From Trypanosoma brucei (taxonomy: Eukaryota), in NCBI GenBank assembly GCA_000002445.1, contig CP000071.1, positions 2,208,001-2,272,000 of the forward strand: DNA of 64,000 nt. The letters are read 5' to 3'. The first letter of the stretch is position 1. Each line of letters starts with the position of its first letter. The position numbers were made by a program, and so were the translations under genes. Of this stretch, positions 21,252 through 32,900 are shown piece after piece. Under the pieces are notes generated by a model that saw only the letters and a list, made by a program, of their open reading frames with translations, did not search any database and had not been told where the DNA came from.

Positions 21252-22502
21252 AGGGTAATAAAATGGCTGGGAGAGCAGTGGGAAGATGATGACTCTATTT
21301 ACAAAATGTTATTTTTTTTTCTTTTTTCGTTATTTTTTTGACCTCCAGTGCCTCTGAGACACAGTGCTCTCCTGAGGAAACGTAAGATAATTCTGGAAAA
21401 AAAAGGGTAAACCCCCTTTAGAGTTAGCGCAGGTTGGGTGCCCAAACTCATGACCTTCAGAGGTAATGACAATCTTTTCATAAGCAGCGGTGTTAGCCAT
21501 GTTGTATTAGCTCAATTTCACTCCTTTCCCCGTAGGCACACATCATTTGTAGAGACCGCTGCCGCTGCAAACATGTCCACCCCTATATATATATATATAT
21601 ATATATACGTATCGTTGTGGATGCTTATTCCCCCCCCCCTCCCTTCTATCTTGACAAGTCTTCCCTGGATTTTCTTTTTATTTTTCTTAGACGCACATGG
21701 GTGAATATGCTCATATTTTTATATGTAGGGTGTTAATCTGACATTCCTAGTTTATTTGAGCCGCGAACATGTGCTTGGTAACACTTACGGGGATGGGGCC
21801 GGGAGCGGAGTTATTTCTGCGGACTGTTCAGACAACCTGCAGCAGTTTGTAGAAAGTTATGCGTTTTTGGATGATGGATAAAACTCAGGTTTTATCCATG
21901 TGTTTCGCTAGGATTCCTCTTCCATTCAAAGTTCGACAAGATAAGTTAGTGGAAGGAAAGGCGAGCGATATGTTGGCGCACTGAAATTGGGGCTAACTAA
22001 ACCAACTGTGAAGGAGTTATCGGGAAGGTGTTGGAAATTGCGTGGGGCCCCGAAGCCCCAAGTGGCCATTGGAAATTTTTTTTTTTGGTTCAGAGAGGAT
22101 CGTCGTGTTTTACATCGTGTTGTGGTGCGGTTGAAAGTATCATTACATTCGGGGCGAAACACTGTGGAAGGTAAAGAGACAGTATGCACCTCAGGTAAAT
22201 AAAGCCTGTTTTGACCGTTCTCTATAATTAACCTCCCTTCCCTTTGGTTTCTCCGCCCAACTATCTCCTCCCCATGCATAATTACGCGCAACGGTAGTGC
22301 CTCATTAAATGTCTTTGCATTATCATTTCGTTGGTTATTACACGTTAGTTTCTGTCTGCGTGACCTTGATTGTGTGACAGAAGTGACTCTCCTCAACTTC
22401 TTCCCCCTCTCCCTATCTTTCTAATTTGGAGTAGAATAACTAATATCACCACGAAGTTGAGTTTTTTTTTTTTCTCGTCAACAGCCACAAATAAGCGAAA
22501 GT

Positions 22503-23906
22503 ATGACATCCGGAGCTGCTGCACAAGCACCAAACAAGTGCCCTACCAATGAGGCGGCGGCGGAACCGTTACGCGTTCCAAACGTTCTCACGGGTGAACC
22601 GTTCGTTAGCCCCAACTCGAATGAAGGAGAAGCACTGGAGAAACCTGAACGGCCAACCAATGCGCTGGCGCGGTGTTTCCATTTTATCTTGCCGCGCGGT
22701 GGTGCCCTTTCCGGCATCTTCAACCTGGCAAGTGTTACATTGGGTGCCGGTATCATGTCAATTCCATCCGCTTTCAACACATCGGGCATGATCATGGCAA
22801 TCATCTATTTGGTGCTGGTTACGGTTTTTACCGTCTTCTCCATTTTCCTGATTGTGTCTGCGGCGGAAAAGACCGGCTACCGCAGCTTTGAGTCCATGGC
22901 GCGTAATCTACTCGGTCGCCGTGCTGATATTGCCGTGGGTTTTCTGTTGTGGCTTCTGTGCTTTGGCGGTGCCTCTGGATATGTGGTGGCAATCGGTGAC
23001 GTCCTCCGGGGGTTGCTTTCACATGAAAAGGTGCCGGCGTACCTTAAAACAGACAGGGCTCGCCGTCTTCTGATGGCCGCCATTTGGTTTGTCTTCATCT
23101 TTCCCTTGGCGCTCCCTAAGAGGGTGAATTCATTGCGCTATGCGTCAGCGATCGGCGTTTCGTTCATCCTATTCTTCGCCATCTGTGTGGTGGAGCACTC
23201 GGCTGAAAAGATGGTTGCCGATGGCGGTATCAAGCAGGAACTTGTCATGTTCCGCTCCGGTAATGACGCCGTGGCAGGGCTTTCGCTATTCATTTTCGCT
23301 TATCTTTGTCATGTAAACTCATTCTCCATCTTCTTTGAGATGAAGAAGCGTTCCGTCACTCGTATGACCCGCGATGCGGCGGTGAGCTGCTCCGTTTGCT
23401 GCTTTGTCTACCTGCTCACTGGATTTTTTGGCTACGCAGAATTCGGCACAACAGTGGAAGGCTCCGTTCTGAAACTTTACGACCCCTACGCAAATCCCGT
23501 CTTCTTTGTTTGCTTCGTTGGCATCATCGTAAAACTCTGCGCTGGGTTTTCGCTTAACATGCTCGCATGCCGTACAGCCCTCTTTCAGGTGCTGCGGTGG
23601 GACCTGGATACCATGTCATATGTTAGGCACAGTATCGTCAGTGTTTCATTTGCTGTCGGTTCGCTCGTTCTCGGTTTGTTCGTGCCAGACATCAACGTTA
23701 TCTTCGGGCTTGTCGGCGCCTTCTGCGGTGGCTTCATTGGCTTTATATTCCCAGCACTCTTCATCATGTACGCCGGTGGTTGGACACGCCAAAGCGTGGG
23801 CTGGGTGCAGTATATATTGACGTATGTATTGCTCATCTTGGGCGTTGTTGCAATTGTCTTTGGTACTAGCACGTCCATTTATTACACAATTAAGAAGTAC
23901 TATTAA
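22503..23906 (+). CDS. Amino acid transporter (AAAP/AAT family), divergent third type (467 aa)
   Basis: Hydrophilic N-terminal tail, then about 11 hydrophobic helices. It shares AAT blocks with paralogs A and B (GALSGIFNLASVTLGAGIMSIPSAFNTSGMIMAIIYL; LYDP; GLFVPDINVIFGLVGAFCGGFIGFIFPALFIMYAGGW) at only ~35-40% identity. Confidence 0.8.
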   Translation: MTSGAAAQAPNKCPTNEAAAEPLRVPNVLTGEPFVSPNSNEGEALEKPERPTNALARCFHFILPRGGALSGIFNLASVTLGAGIMSIPSAFNTSGMIMAIIYLVLVTVFTVFSIFLIVSAAEKTGYRSFESMARNLLGRRADIAVGFLLWLLCFGGASGYVVAIGDVLRGLLSHEKVPAYLKTDRARRLLMAAIWFVFIFPLALPKRVNSLRYASAIGVSFILFFAICVVEHSAEKMVADGGIKQELVMFRSGNDAVAGLSLFIFAYLCHVNSFSIFFEMKKRSVTRMTRDAAVSCSVCCFVYLLTGFFGYAEFGTTVEGSVLKLYDPYANPVFFVCFVGIIVKLCAGFSLNMLACRTALFQVLRWDLDTMSYVRHSIVSVSFAVGSLVLGLFVPDINVIFGLVGAFCGGFIGFIFPALFIMYAGGWTRQSVGWVQYILTYVLLILGVVAIVFGTSTSIYYTIKKYY

Positions 23907-24956
23907 GAAAGGCAAGGGAAGGAGTGCAAACGGTCCGTGAGGGGAACGGCAACTCGGTAGGCTTTGGGATGCACTTTACTGAGCAAATAAACAGCTAAAG
24001 AGTGATTTTTACTTCTTAACTTTTTATATGGGCCTTTATCCTTTATTATTTTACCCATACGGTTCTATTGTTGTACGCATCCCATACTCGAACCACTTGG
24101 CTGCGGTTTTCGCCCACAAGAACAGTTCAACCTTAGCTGCAGAAGCGTGAGACCGTTGCGGCGGAGTGGGATCCATTTTTCCATCATTTCTTTCCGTTGT
24201 TTGGTATACTTTTTTCTGTTGTTGTTATTTCTTTCCTCACTTTTTTTTCGTTGACCTTGGCAAGTTGCGGGGGGCTAGTCCTTTACACGTGTGTGAAAAG
24301 AATGACGGTCACTTGTGCGGCCTAACTAACCCAATGGGTAAACTGAACTAGCGAAACAGCTAAATGTTTTAACACCTTCCACTACAATTATTCTTTTTTC
24401 TACCAATCCTTAAAGCTACAGCCCTTCCCTCAAGTGTTTTACCTGTTTATTTTTATTTTAACTGACAAACTCTCAGCGTTGTTCTCCACCTTGGCGGTAT
24501 CGCCAAATCTCGGTTTTTACAATCTCCATCTAAAATACTGAGTTATAATTGCACACTTACAACCTCCAGCAGTCCATGTGAATACTGAATCCAGTGCCAA
24601 AAACTATTCCCTCTTTTTTCTTTTTTTATTTTTCAACCCCCAACACCTAGTGTACTACATACAGATAGAAGGGCAGCGTTAATAATTAAAAAAACACACG
24701 AACCACAGCAACACCCACCGACAATACATAGTCACCATTTCTTAACCAGTTGCGACTCATTTTATACATCAAACAAGCAGCAAAATCAACAACGAACTAA
24801 TAAAAAACTACATACCACCACAAAAAAACACAAACAAAAAGTTAAGGAAAGAACCTTCTAAAGGCAACATCACTTTTCCAGCCAACAAACATCTATATTT
24901 CACGCAAAATTCACCAAAAAAAATTTTTTAACAACGAAATATGAAGTTTTGCACAA

Positions 24957-25396
24957 AAACACGCATTCTTGCACAACCTGCACAACGTTGCATGTTTGTG
25001 CACAAAATGCGCACTATTGCGTATTTTCACGTAAAACACGCGTTCATACGTGTGTTTGTGCAAAAACAGTGTTGCAATGCAACATGTAACGTGTTTTGGC
25101 GTANNNNNNNNNNNNNNNNNNNNNNNNNNNNNNNNNNNNNNNNNNNNNNNNNNNNNNNNNNNNAAACACGCATTCTTGCACAACCTGCACAACGTTGCAT
25201 GTTTGTGCACAAAATGTGCACTATTGCGTATTTTCACGTAAAATACGCGTTCATACGTGTGTTTGTGCAAAAACAGTGTTGCAATGCAACATGTAACGTG
25301 TTTTGGCGTAAAACACGCATTCTTGCACAACCTGCACAACGTTGCATGTTTGTGCACAAAATGTGCACTATTGCGTATTTTCACGTAAAATACGCA
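24957..25396. repeat. Tandem satellite, 147-bp unit, at least 2.6 copies visible, interrupted by an assembly gap
   Basis: Units begin at 24957, 25164 and 25311 (aaacacgcattcttgcacaacctgcacaacgttgcatg...) and are ~98% identical. Each unit holds two related hairpins, cgt[ag]tttt-N5-aaaa[tc]acg, and the palindrome gttgca-a-tgcaac. Confidence 0.9.
25103..25163. other. Assembly gap (61 N) inside the satellite array
   Basis: A run of N placed exactly at a repeat-unit boundary, so the true copy number is unknown. Confidence 0.99.
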
Positions 25397-25875
25397 ATAA
25401 TTTGTAAAACTGGTAAATTCTTATGAAGGAGGTGAATATACATAAAAATTGTAATGATGTAGTTTATTCTGTTTGGAATTCTGTATTCGCTATAATTTTA
25501 TTACGCTTTTTATAGCATTCGTATTGGAGGTATTGTCTTCTAATAAATATGTCGTTGTTATTTCCAGGTGGTAATGTGGTATGTCGCTATTCTGCCTTTT
25601 ACGTTTTTTTGAAATGTTTTTTCGTGCCTTCGTGGGAGTTTCCCCCCACTGGCGCGGCAATCAGCCACCACCGTAGAGCCCTGAGATGCTATCGGTCTGG
25701 CGACTGTGGCAGAGTCTCCCTTTTTTCTTCATCCTAACACACCCTCTATAATTTTTGTTGTAGCTCCGCAGTTGAACGGAATACAGCAGATGGGGCGAGA
25801 AGCCCCCCTCCACCCCGGACTCTCCAAAAGATGTCAATTAGCAATCCTTTTGTTTTGATTTTTGTTATTCGTTTA

Positions 25876-26984
25876 TTATTCTCTCCCCCTCTTTCTGTTT
25901 CTGGTGCTTGTTGACAGCATACCCCCTCTGTCTCTGAGGGTGTCTGGACTATTCCTGCGTCCGGTGCTTTCCCTGCTAGCTCCACTCTCGGCAATAAGGG
26001 GGGAAGTTGCAGAAGGGAGAGTGGGTTGTATGACTGTTACATTAGGTGAGGACTTCACCCGCGGCCGGCTCCGTTCAACCGCAATGAGGAACTGCGCCAG
26101 CCTTTTAGAGAAGCATATATCCTGCACACACACCCCTTCTACCACAAACCTGACACGTAATTCCTTCAAACAGGGACAGTTCATCAGGTGCAGCGACGTT
26201 TCTTCGCAGTCGCCGCGTTGGCTGGTAACAGCGCGCTCTACCTTCATACCGTGGATCTTCTTTTGATGTAGGGTGAGGCCAGTTTTGTTAGTACACTGCC
26301 TTCCGCATGTCGGGCACACCAACATGGATGTGTTTGTATGTGGGGAATCAGTGGCACACAATTTTGTGCTTTTGCTGCATTTAAGCTCGACTTCTTCACC
26401 TTGTGGAAAGCCTTACAGTGTCGGATGAGGGAGTCCCTGCAACTGAGCACTTTTTGGCACACACCACACTGCACCTCGCCCTTCCCCGGGACGTCAACGT
26501 TTCCCTCACGGGCACGCTTACGAGGGAATTGCACCACCACCACGGTACCGTCCTCCGTCACTATGCTCTTATGTTTGAATTTCTTGTGTAGTGACAGGGA
26601 AGAGCGTGTACCGAAGCTCGCCTCGCACAGGTCACATTGAAACGGCAGCTTCCGTGTATCCTGAGAGGCTGGCGCTGCTGGGGCTCTACCATCTCCTTGC
26701 AATGAGTCTTCGTTCTCTCGCCCCCTTTTCACGCGACAACTACCGCTGCCTATGCCATGTATTGTTCTAAGGTGGTGTAATAGTCGGCCTGGCACTGCGA
26801 ATTTGGAGGCACAGAGGGTACAATGAAGCACCTGCGGTCTCATCGTGACTCGTGTGCTCGATGGTAGAGGAACGATCGCCACCACTGGACAGGGCTCCGG
26901 GGGGATGTCCACTGCAGGTGTTGCATCGCCGTATTTGATCCTCCGGGGGGCATCAGCTCGCACAAAGCCATGCTTGTTTACCAT
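25876..26984 (-). CDS. C2H2 zinc-finger protein (at least 4 fingers), minus strand; apparent frameshift between ORFs 26984-26244 and 26361-25876
   Basis: Classical C-x2-C-x12-H-x4-H fingers: HCTLCASKFAVPGRLLHHLRTIHG, FQCDLCEASFGTRSSLSLHKKFKH, VQCGVCQKVLSCRDSLIRHCKAFH in the first ORF, and VCPTCGRQCTNKTGLTLHQKKIHG in the second. The two ORFs overlap by 118 nt in different frames. This is the only convincing minus-strand gene in the window. Confidence 0.6.
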
Positions 26985-29900
26985 GTGCGTTACAGCACTC
27001 GACCGGCGCTAGCCATGGGCTTTGTGCTTACGCCGTCTCATTTCATCACCAGTGCGTGTCATATTGTTTTTCGCCGTCGCAGTGGTCGCACGGGTTGTTG
27101 GAGTTCGACGCTTTGTAAGCCGAGCTTTGTACTTTTCATTTCAGGCACTGCAGTGGTGTTCGCGTGTCGATATTTCGCAGCATCCATTTTCAATACCAAG
27201 AGGCAACGGGGCGGGAACGAGCCACTGCCACCTCTTCTTCGCTCGCTTTTCCCCTGACAGCAATATCGGTCCCATGTAGGTTACAATATCCTGGAGCTTC
27301 GCGTCAGGCAACTGCGGCATGTCAGTCACCCTTTCCACCATACCATCAATCATCCCATTCCATTCCACATCAGTAACTAAATACAAACTTCAATGTGGTA
27401 TACGCTTTCCCTCCCGTATTTGTAGGAGAAGCACCCGTAGCTTATTTGGGTGTTGGTCTGCCACGGTGGGATGGGTCTACTTCCAATACCATGAGCGGCA
27501 ACAGCGAGTTTGTGATTGTCAAGAGTCTGCTCAGGGGCGACGCCGGCCACCTCAACGTGGTGCCAAGTTCCAGCGCCCCGTATTTTCAGAGGAGGCCAAT
27601 AGTCAGCAGCGTTTCTCTAGTGGGGAACTCTGCTTTGCTCCAGCTCCGGCTTCTCATAGCGTCGGGGCCGGTCGCGTTTTTCTGGGGCACCGTTTTTCAC
27701 TTCTCGGTCCCGGACACGTGCCAGCACATCATAAGCAGCGTCCGGAGTTTTCTCTATGACGTTGTATACGTTTGGAAAACATCCAGTGACATTCCCGCAC
27801 CCTTTTCTATTGCTAGGGATTCTGTTGGGTTACTGCGGGCCGATGGGGCTGCATTTGCCCGCTTCACGAATATCAGTTTGTTTCCCCCACATGTTGTCGT
27901 AGCTGTCCCATTCTTTTCCCCCCCAATAATGCAGATCCCTCAGTCCACGGCCCGTGGCATCTACCAGCCGGTGATTGTAGACTGTTTCCACTGAAGTGCC
28001 GCGGAATCTGCTTCTTCCATGCTTTTATTTTCATATCTTTGTGATCTTCCGCGCGTATGAGCCTTATTTAATTGCGAAAGAGAACCCTGTTGCTGTATCG
28101 AAGTTTGAGGAAAGTAACTGGGGGCTTACACCACTTGACACAAGGGGATTGGTGATCTCGTGTGATGTATCTCCTCGTGATATTGGTCATGAAAATTCGG
28201 AAGCACTCTTCCTCTGCATTGCGCTACACCGCAGCTTTTCCATTTCACTTCTCAGACCAACATGGGCTTGGCACTACGTATGGAACGCTCTTGAGCTGTA
28301 GGCCCTTGCCGTCAGGGAGGGCGTTCTCCCAGTGTATTCTCTATGATACACCTAAAAATGATATAGCTTAATCTTCGCTATTCAACAGCAAACGCCTTGC
28401 GAGCACTCACCCACACGTCGCAGAAAACACACTTCGATTATCGACATGGCATAGGCTCGTGCTAGCGTGCTGTAAAACACTTTTGCGTTGCCGAGGCTTG
28501 GGAACCATATCAGCGGGGGCACTGCCACTATTCGAAGCATCCTGAAGTTGGTTTTTATTTCCTTTCCAGACAGTGTGTCTGTGTAGGGATTCCGCGCATA
28601 CATTGAGTCCTCAATCTAAGTACCTTCGGTATTCTCTTTGTCCCCGTAAGCGCCACATCGAGGTATAGGTGAAGCGGTGCTCATGCCGTCCGACCGAGGA
28701 GTCAATTTCCTTTTCGTCACATTGGCTTCCATCACGTATTTTATAGATCACCGTAGCACAATATGTGGAGACCCCTCTGATGTACGTGGTTGATGGTTTC
28801 CCTCGCCTTATCCCGAGCAATCAGTATTAATTTCATTCAAAGAAAAGCCATGTTATATTGGGCGTACTTCTGCTAGCCATCAGACCATCGAGTTTCCCTC
28901 CAACATGATACTTGAGATACGACTGAGCGTGGTTAGTCGCGTTACACTCTTCCCAAAACAACATTATGTTCCAAACCATTTATCTAGTCCTTACTATTTC
29001 CATCTTTTCATTGTGAAGAAAGCTAAAACATTTGATGATGCACCACCGTGCATTTAACATTTTCCGCTACCGCACCGAGCTTGTCATGCTCAACTTTCCC
29101 CCAAAAGGGCCCTCCCATACTCAAAGAATATACCATACCTATACGTGACGTTAGTGATGGACGGCTAAAAGCTGCTGAAGGGTTCAGAAGAGGATCTTCC
29201 AATGTGTGGTGGTACACTTTTCCTTCCTTATACGAAACCTCAATTTTTTCACAGTCTAAGTCGAGTATGGTTCATTCGTTTAGTAACTTTCCGTGTGCAC
29301 CTCGTGAGCGTCACCAGTTCGTATGAGTTTTCATATTTCATTTTCTTAAAAGCTGCTAGGGCATGGATGTTCAGACGACACATGATTCTGTTTTGATGTT
29401 TCGATTCTCTTCTACGGACTCATATCAAACAGTTAAAGCAAGAGCGTAAATTATTTGTTTCTGGGATGTTACTGTGTTTCGCTGCCCAGATAAAGGGAGG
29501 CAGCCGCTGAGACACGTGGTAGCTGATGCGGTGATATTATGGGTTGAAAAAGTGTTATCGTTCGGAGCTATATCATTTTTGTGTTTATAAACACTAACTA
29601 TTGTGAGTAGCTATGCCCTTTGAGAGACGAAGGGCATAGGTCAGGGAAGTGCCTCACCCGTTACCGGCCACTGGCAGAAGCTTCGTGCGCCATAGCCAGC
29701 GGAGTGCTGTGAAACATTGGAGTATATATATACATATGCTGGTGATGCATCACCCATATGGGTCTTAAACCTTTAGTCGTCACAAAAATGCACACCACCT
29801 CTTCAATGCCACACGATCCAGCGGTTGCTTCCGCATAGCACTCAGCCCTTCCTCAATTTAGTGAGATCAAGCTCTTAGTAGCGTTTATCTACAGGGTTAA

Positions 29901-32900
29901 GAAAGTTCGTGTGCCCAGTGTTGTATTGTACTGTGGTGTTCCCCTACTCACTCGTGGGGCAGCTCCAGCAGGTTGAAATAAGATCGTGGGGTAGAAGTCA
30001 ATCGTTTGCCCAAACCACATAAACTCCGCCATTTCTGCCCTTTTTGTCCTTGTACGGTCCCGTGGTCGTCCTTCCGAATTCACCCCACTTAAGTTTGGTT
30101 CATACATGAAAAAGAGGTTTCCGACACTGGCGGTTCAGGTTATCCATTGTGTTTTTCCACTAAATTACACAGGATAAGATAGGGTGATGGTACATATTTG
30201 CTGAAGTGTAGTGATATCCATGCGTACGCCCCGCGCTATCTTTACAGGGGATGCATCATGTTCGGGCTTCGCCGCTCAGTGCGGGCACTTAGTGCCATGG
30301 CCAGTTTTTGGTTGACTCGAAAATGGTTGTTGATACAGCGCCGCATTAAAGTTTTTCCTTTGGTATGTGGTTGGATGGTGCGGCATCAGGAAGGCGCGTT
30401 GGCAAGAGCACCGGCACCAATGAGTTACGCAAGTCACGTTACGCGCACTGGCTTATTTACCCCTAGCATAAAAGTGTGGTGTGACAGAGTTACTAGTGAA
30501 AGCGACGATTTGCATCCTCTCTTGTAGATAGGCGATGGCCTGCGTATCTTAGACGTGTGAAATGACTTCTGTTCATAGCTCTGCTAGAAGGTCTTCCATA
30601 ATGAGCATACGAGCATGCCGCTACCTTCTTACAGATGTAGGTTGTCTTGTGATATGTTGGTAAAAGGTAGCGCTTATGGACCTTGATTCTGTAGTTGTTA
30701 TCCTAGTTCCAGTCACGACACAGAAGGTTGAAAACGCATCAACAAGCGTTTTATAAAATATACTGGGATTACTTTCCTCTGGAACGTGGTGCAACTCTAT
30801 TGATGTTCCAATGCCAGAACTTTTATAGACCTCCCTTTGCGTGAGTGGACGGAGGTGTCCTTTGGCATGGGCAATCATCGGATAATGCGTTCCCAGGGAT
30901 CGAAGAGTGCATAGTTGTATTCCACACCGACGCCAGTTGCTACGTTGGTGCGCGGTGCTGTAGCGGGGGCACATAAATCAATGTCTTGTTGCAGTGGAAC
31001 ACCGCCGTCTTGTTATCTTCCCCTAAACGTACGACGCACCAAGCCTTGCTCCTATGTTATGGTGGCCGTCACAGCCAAATTGCCAAAGATAACCATTCCC
31101 GCACATGGGGAGGTGCCTAACCTTCCTAGCCCATCTTTTCAAACACGCCAGTCTGTCTTAATACATTTAATCTCTGCAACATATGAACCCTCTTTCATTC
31201 ATCTTATGCATTCGCTTTCAGGTTTCCTGGGGGGAAGAATTTATGTGCACTCTGATTTTTGATTTCGTAATTCAATCTTACCACTGAATTAAGCCATCCA
31301 GATGTTAGATGTTTCCGATAATATGGTCGGCCTTTTAGCCCGAAAAGTGTCCTTTCTCAGCGTTTCGCGTCACGTAATATTACACTTTCCTTTCGTGTGC
31401 CACCCGCACAACGGATATCCGTTGCAGTTCTGAATGTGTCTTGCTTGTTTGCGTCCGATGAAACCCCCAAAATTGTGTACACTGACTGAGTTTGCATCCT
31501 TTCTGTTTCTCCCATGTTTAAAGTAGAGGGTGAAAACAAGCAGTCAGAGACCCTGTAGAACATATCTACTCGTACAAATCCTGGGCAAAAGCCTTTCAGC
31601 GCTTCCCTTTAGGGAGCCCATTCAGACGATGTCACTGCCTTTAGCTTCGGCAATCTTGCCCTTGCTAACCTCACTTTTCGTTGAGCACGCTTCGACAGTA
31701 CCTCCGGTAACTGTAATGAAAAGTTTCAAAAGCCTTCTAATTGTCGCATTATCAATCCTTTTTCTACGTGCCGTGATGTACGTGAGAGATTGTGATTGCT
31801 CCATCCAAACAATGTGTGTTCTCTTTTCCCCCTTCCATGTTGTAATCCCCCATAAAGTGTCTCTTAGACCACTAGGTTACACAACTCCCTCCGTCTATAG
31901 GCGTACATTTCATGTCCTCCTTGTCAGATACCGCTACCTTCAGTGTCAGCTCGACAGCGAATAGGCTGTACATGAGTCCAGGCGCCTTATTTGATTTTAC
32001 AGTCATACAATCCATCGTTGCAATGAAGGGGTAGCGGCTTCATACCGGTCACTGTGGAATGGAATGCATCAATATTACATTCCCATATAAAGTGTTGTGT
32101 AGTTGGAACATCGCAGTTCTGTCCACCATTAAGTAGTTTACTCACCATATCGCTCGTGGATCTACTTTAAATCGATCTGGCGCTCAGATGGTAGAGATAT
32201 GTCCCACCGAGACAAATAGATTTACATAGTCCAGAACTGTCTCTACGACTCAGGAATGGTTATCCTGCTGCATGATTGCATTTACCGCTTCCACAATGAA
32301 GTTGGTGGTGCCCTCAATGGTCAGTAACCCGACTGTCATCGCTGCTGCTGCTCTCCCACGCAGTTTTTAAGTTTCCTGACCGTCACTATCTCGATGAGTT
32401 CGTACACGGTACCGATTACCATCTGCAGCCCGGGTGATCCAACTTTTTAGTTGATTCATTCAGCTCAAAGAACAGTGATGTGGTGACCTCCTTTCTCCAC
32501 CGTTCAGTAGTTTCGCCGAGTCTTGGCGGCGGTATTTTCTTTTGTTTTTTTTTAAGTGCCGAAGTAAACATGACCTTTAGTTTCCCGCATTTAACTCTTT
32601 CCCCTGCTGCCATTTGTTAGACCGATAGTTCTTTTGTTTCTTTTTCGGTTCGACACACGCAAGCAGTTCAGACAATTCTAGGTATAGGGAAAATTCATCC
32701 TTGGGGTCACCGAATTTCCTACGGAACACTTCACATACATATCCTCAAATCGCTGAGCCTCCATTTTTTCCTTTTTCCCAAGTGTGTGACACATCCTCCA
32801 TTATTAGGACAGGGTCGATGTCGGTCGCAGTGCCAATACCGATTTCGGCGAGACTCAAGCTTTTCGTCTATCAGCAGCTTGGAAGTGCTTCTTCCCCCAT

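Noticed and set aside
24957-25396. Identification of the satellite as the known abundant 195-bp T. cruzi satellite or the T. brucei 177-bp repeat
   Set aside because: The unit length is 147 bp, and the sequence does not resemble either family as far as I can recall them. It is treated as unclassified.
24911-25426. ORFs 24911-25384 (minus) and 24941-25426 (plus) of about 160 aa spanning the N gap
   Set aside because: They are artefacts of translating a tandem satellite across a run of N. The translations are repetitive and contain X residues.
27395-27994. A 199-aa plus-strand ORF immediately after the zinc-finger gene
   Set aside because: Low-complexity hydrophobic and Ser/Val-rich translation. 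No conserved motif, no convincing upstream processing signal, and it overlaps other frames.
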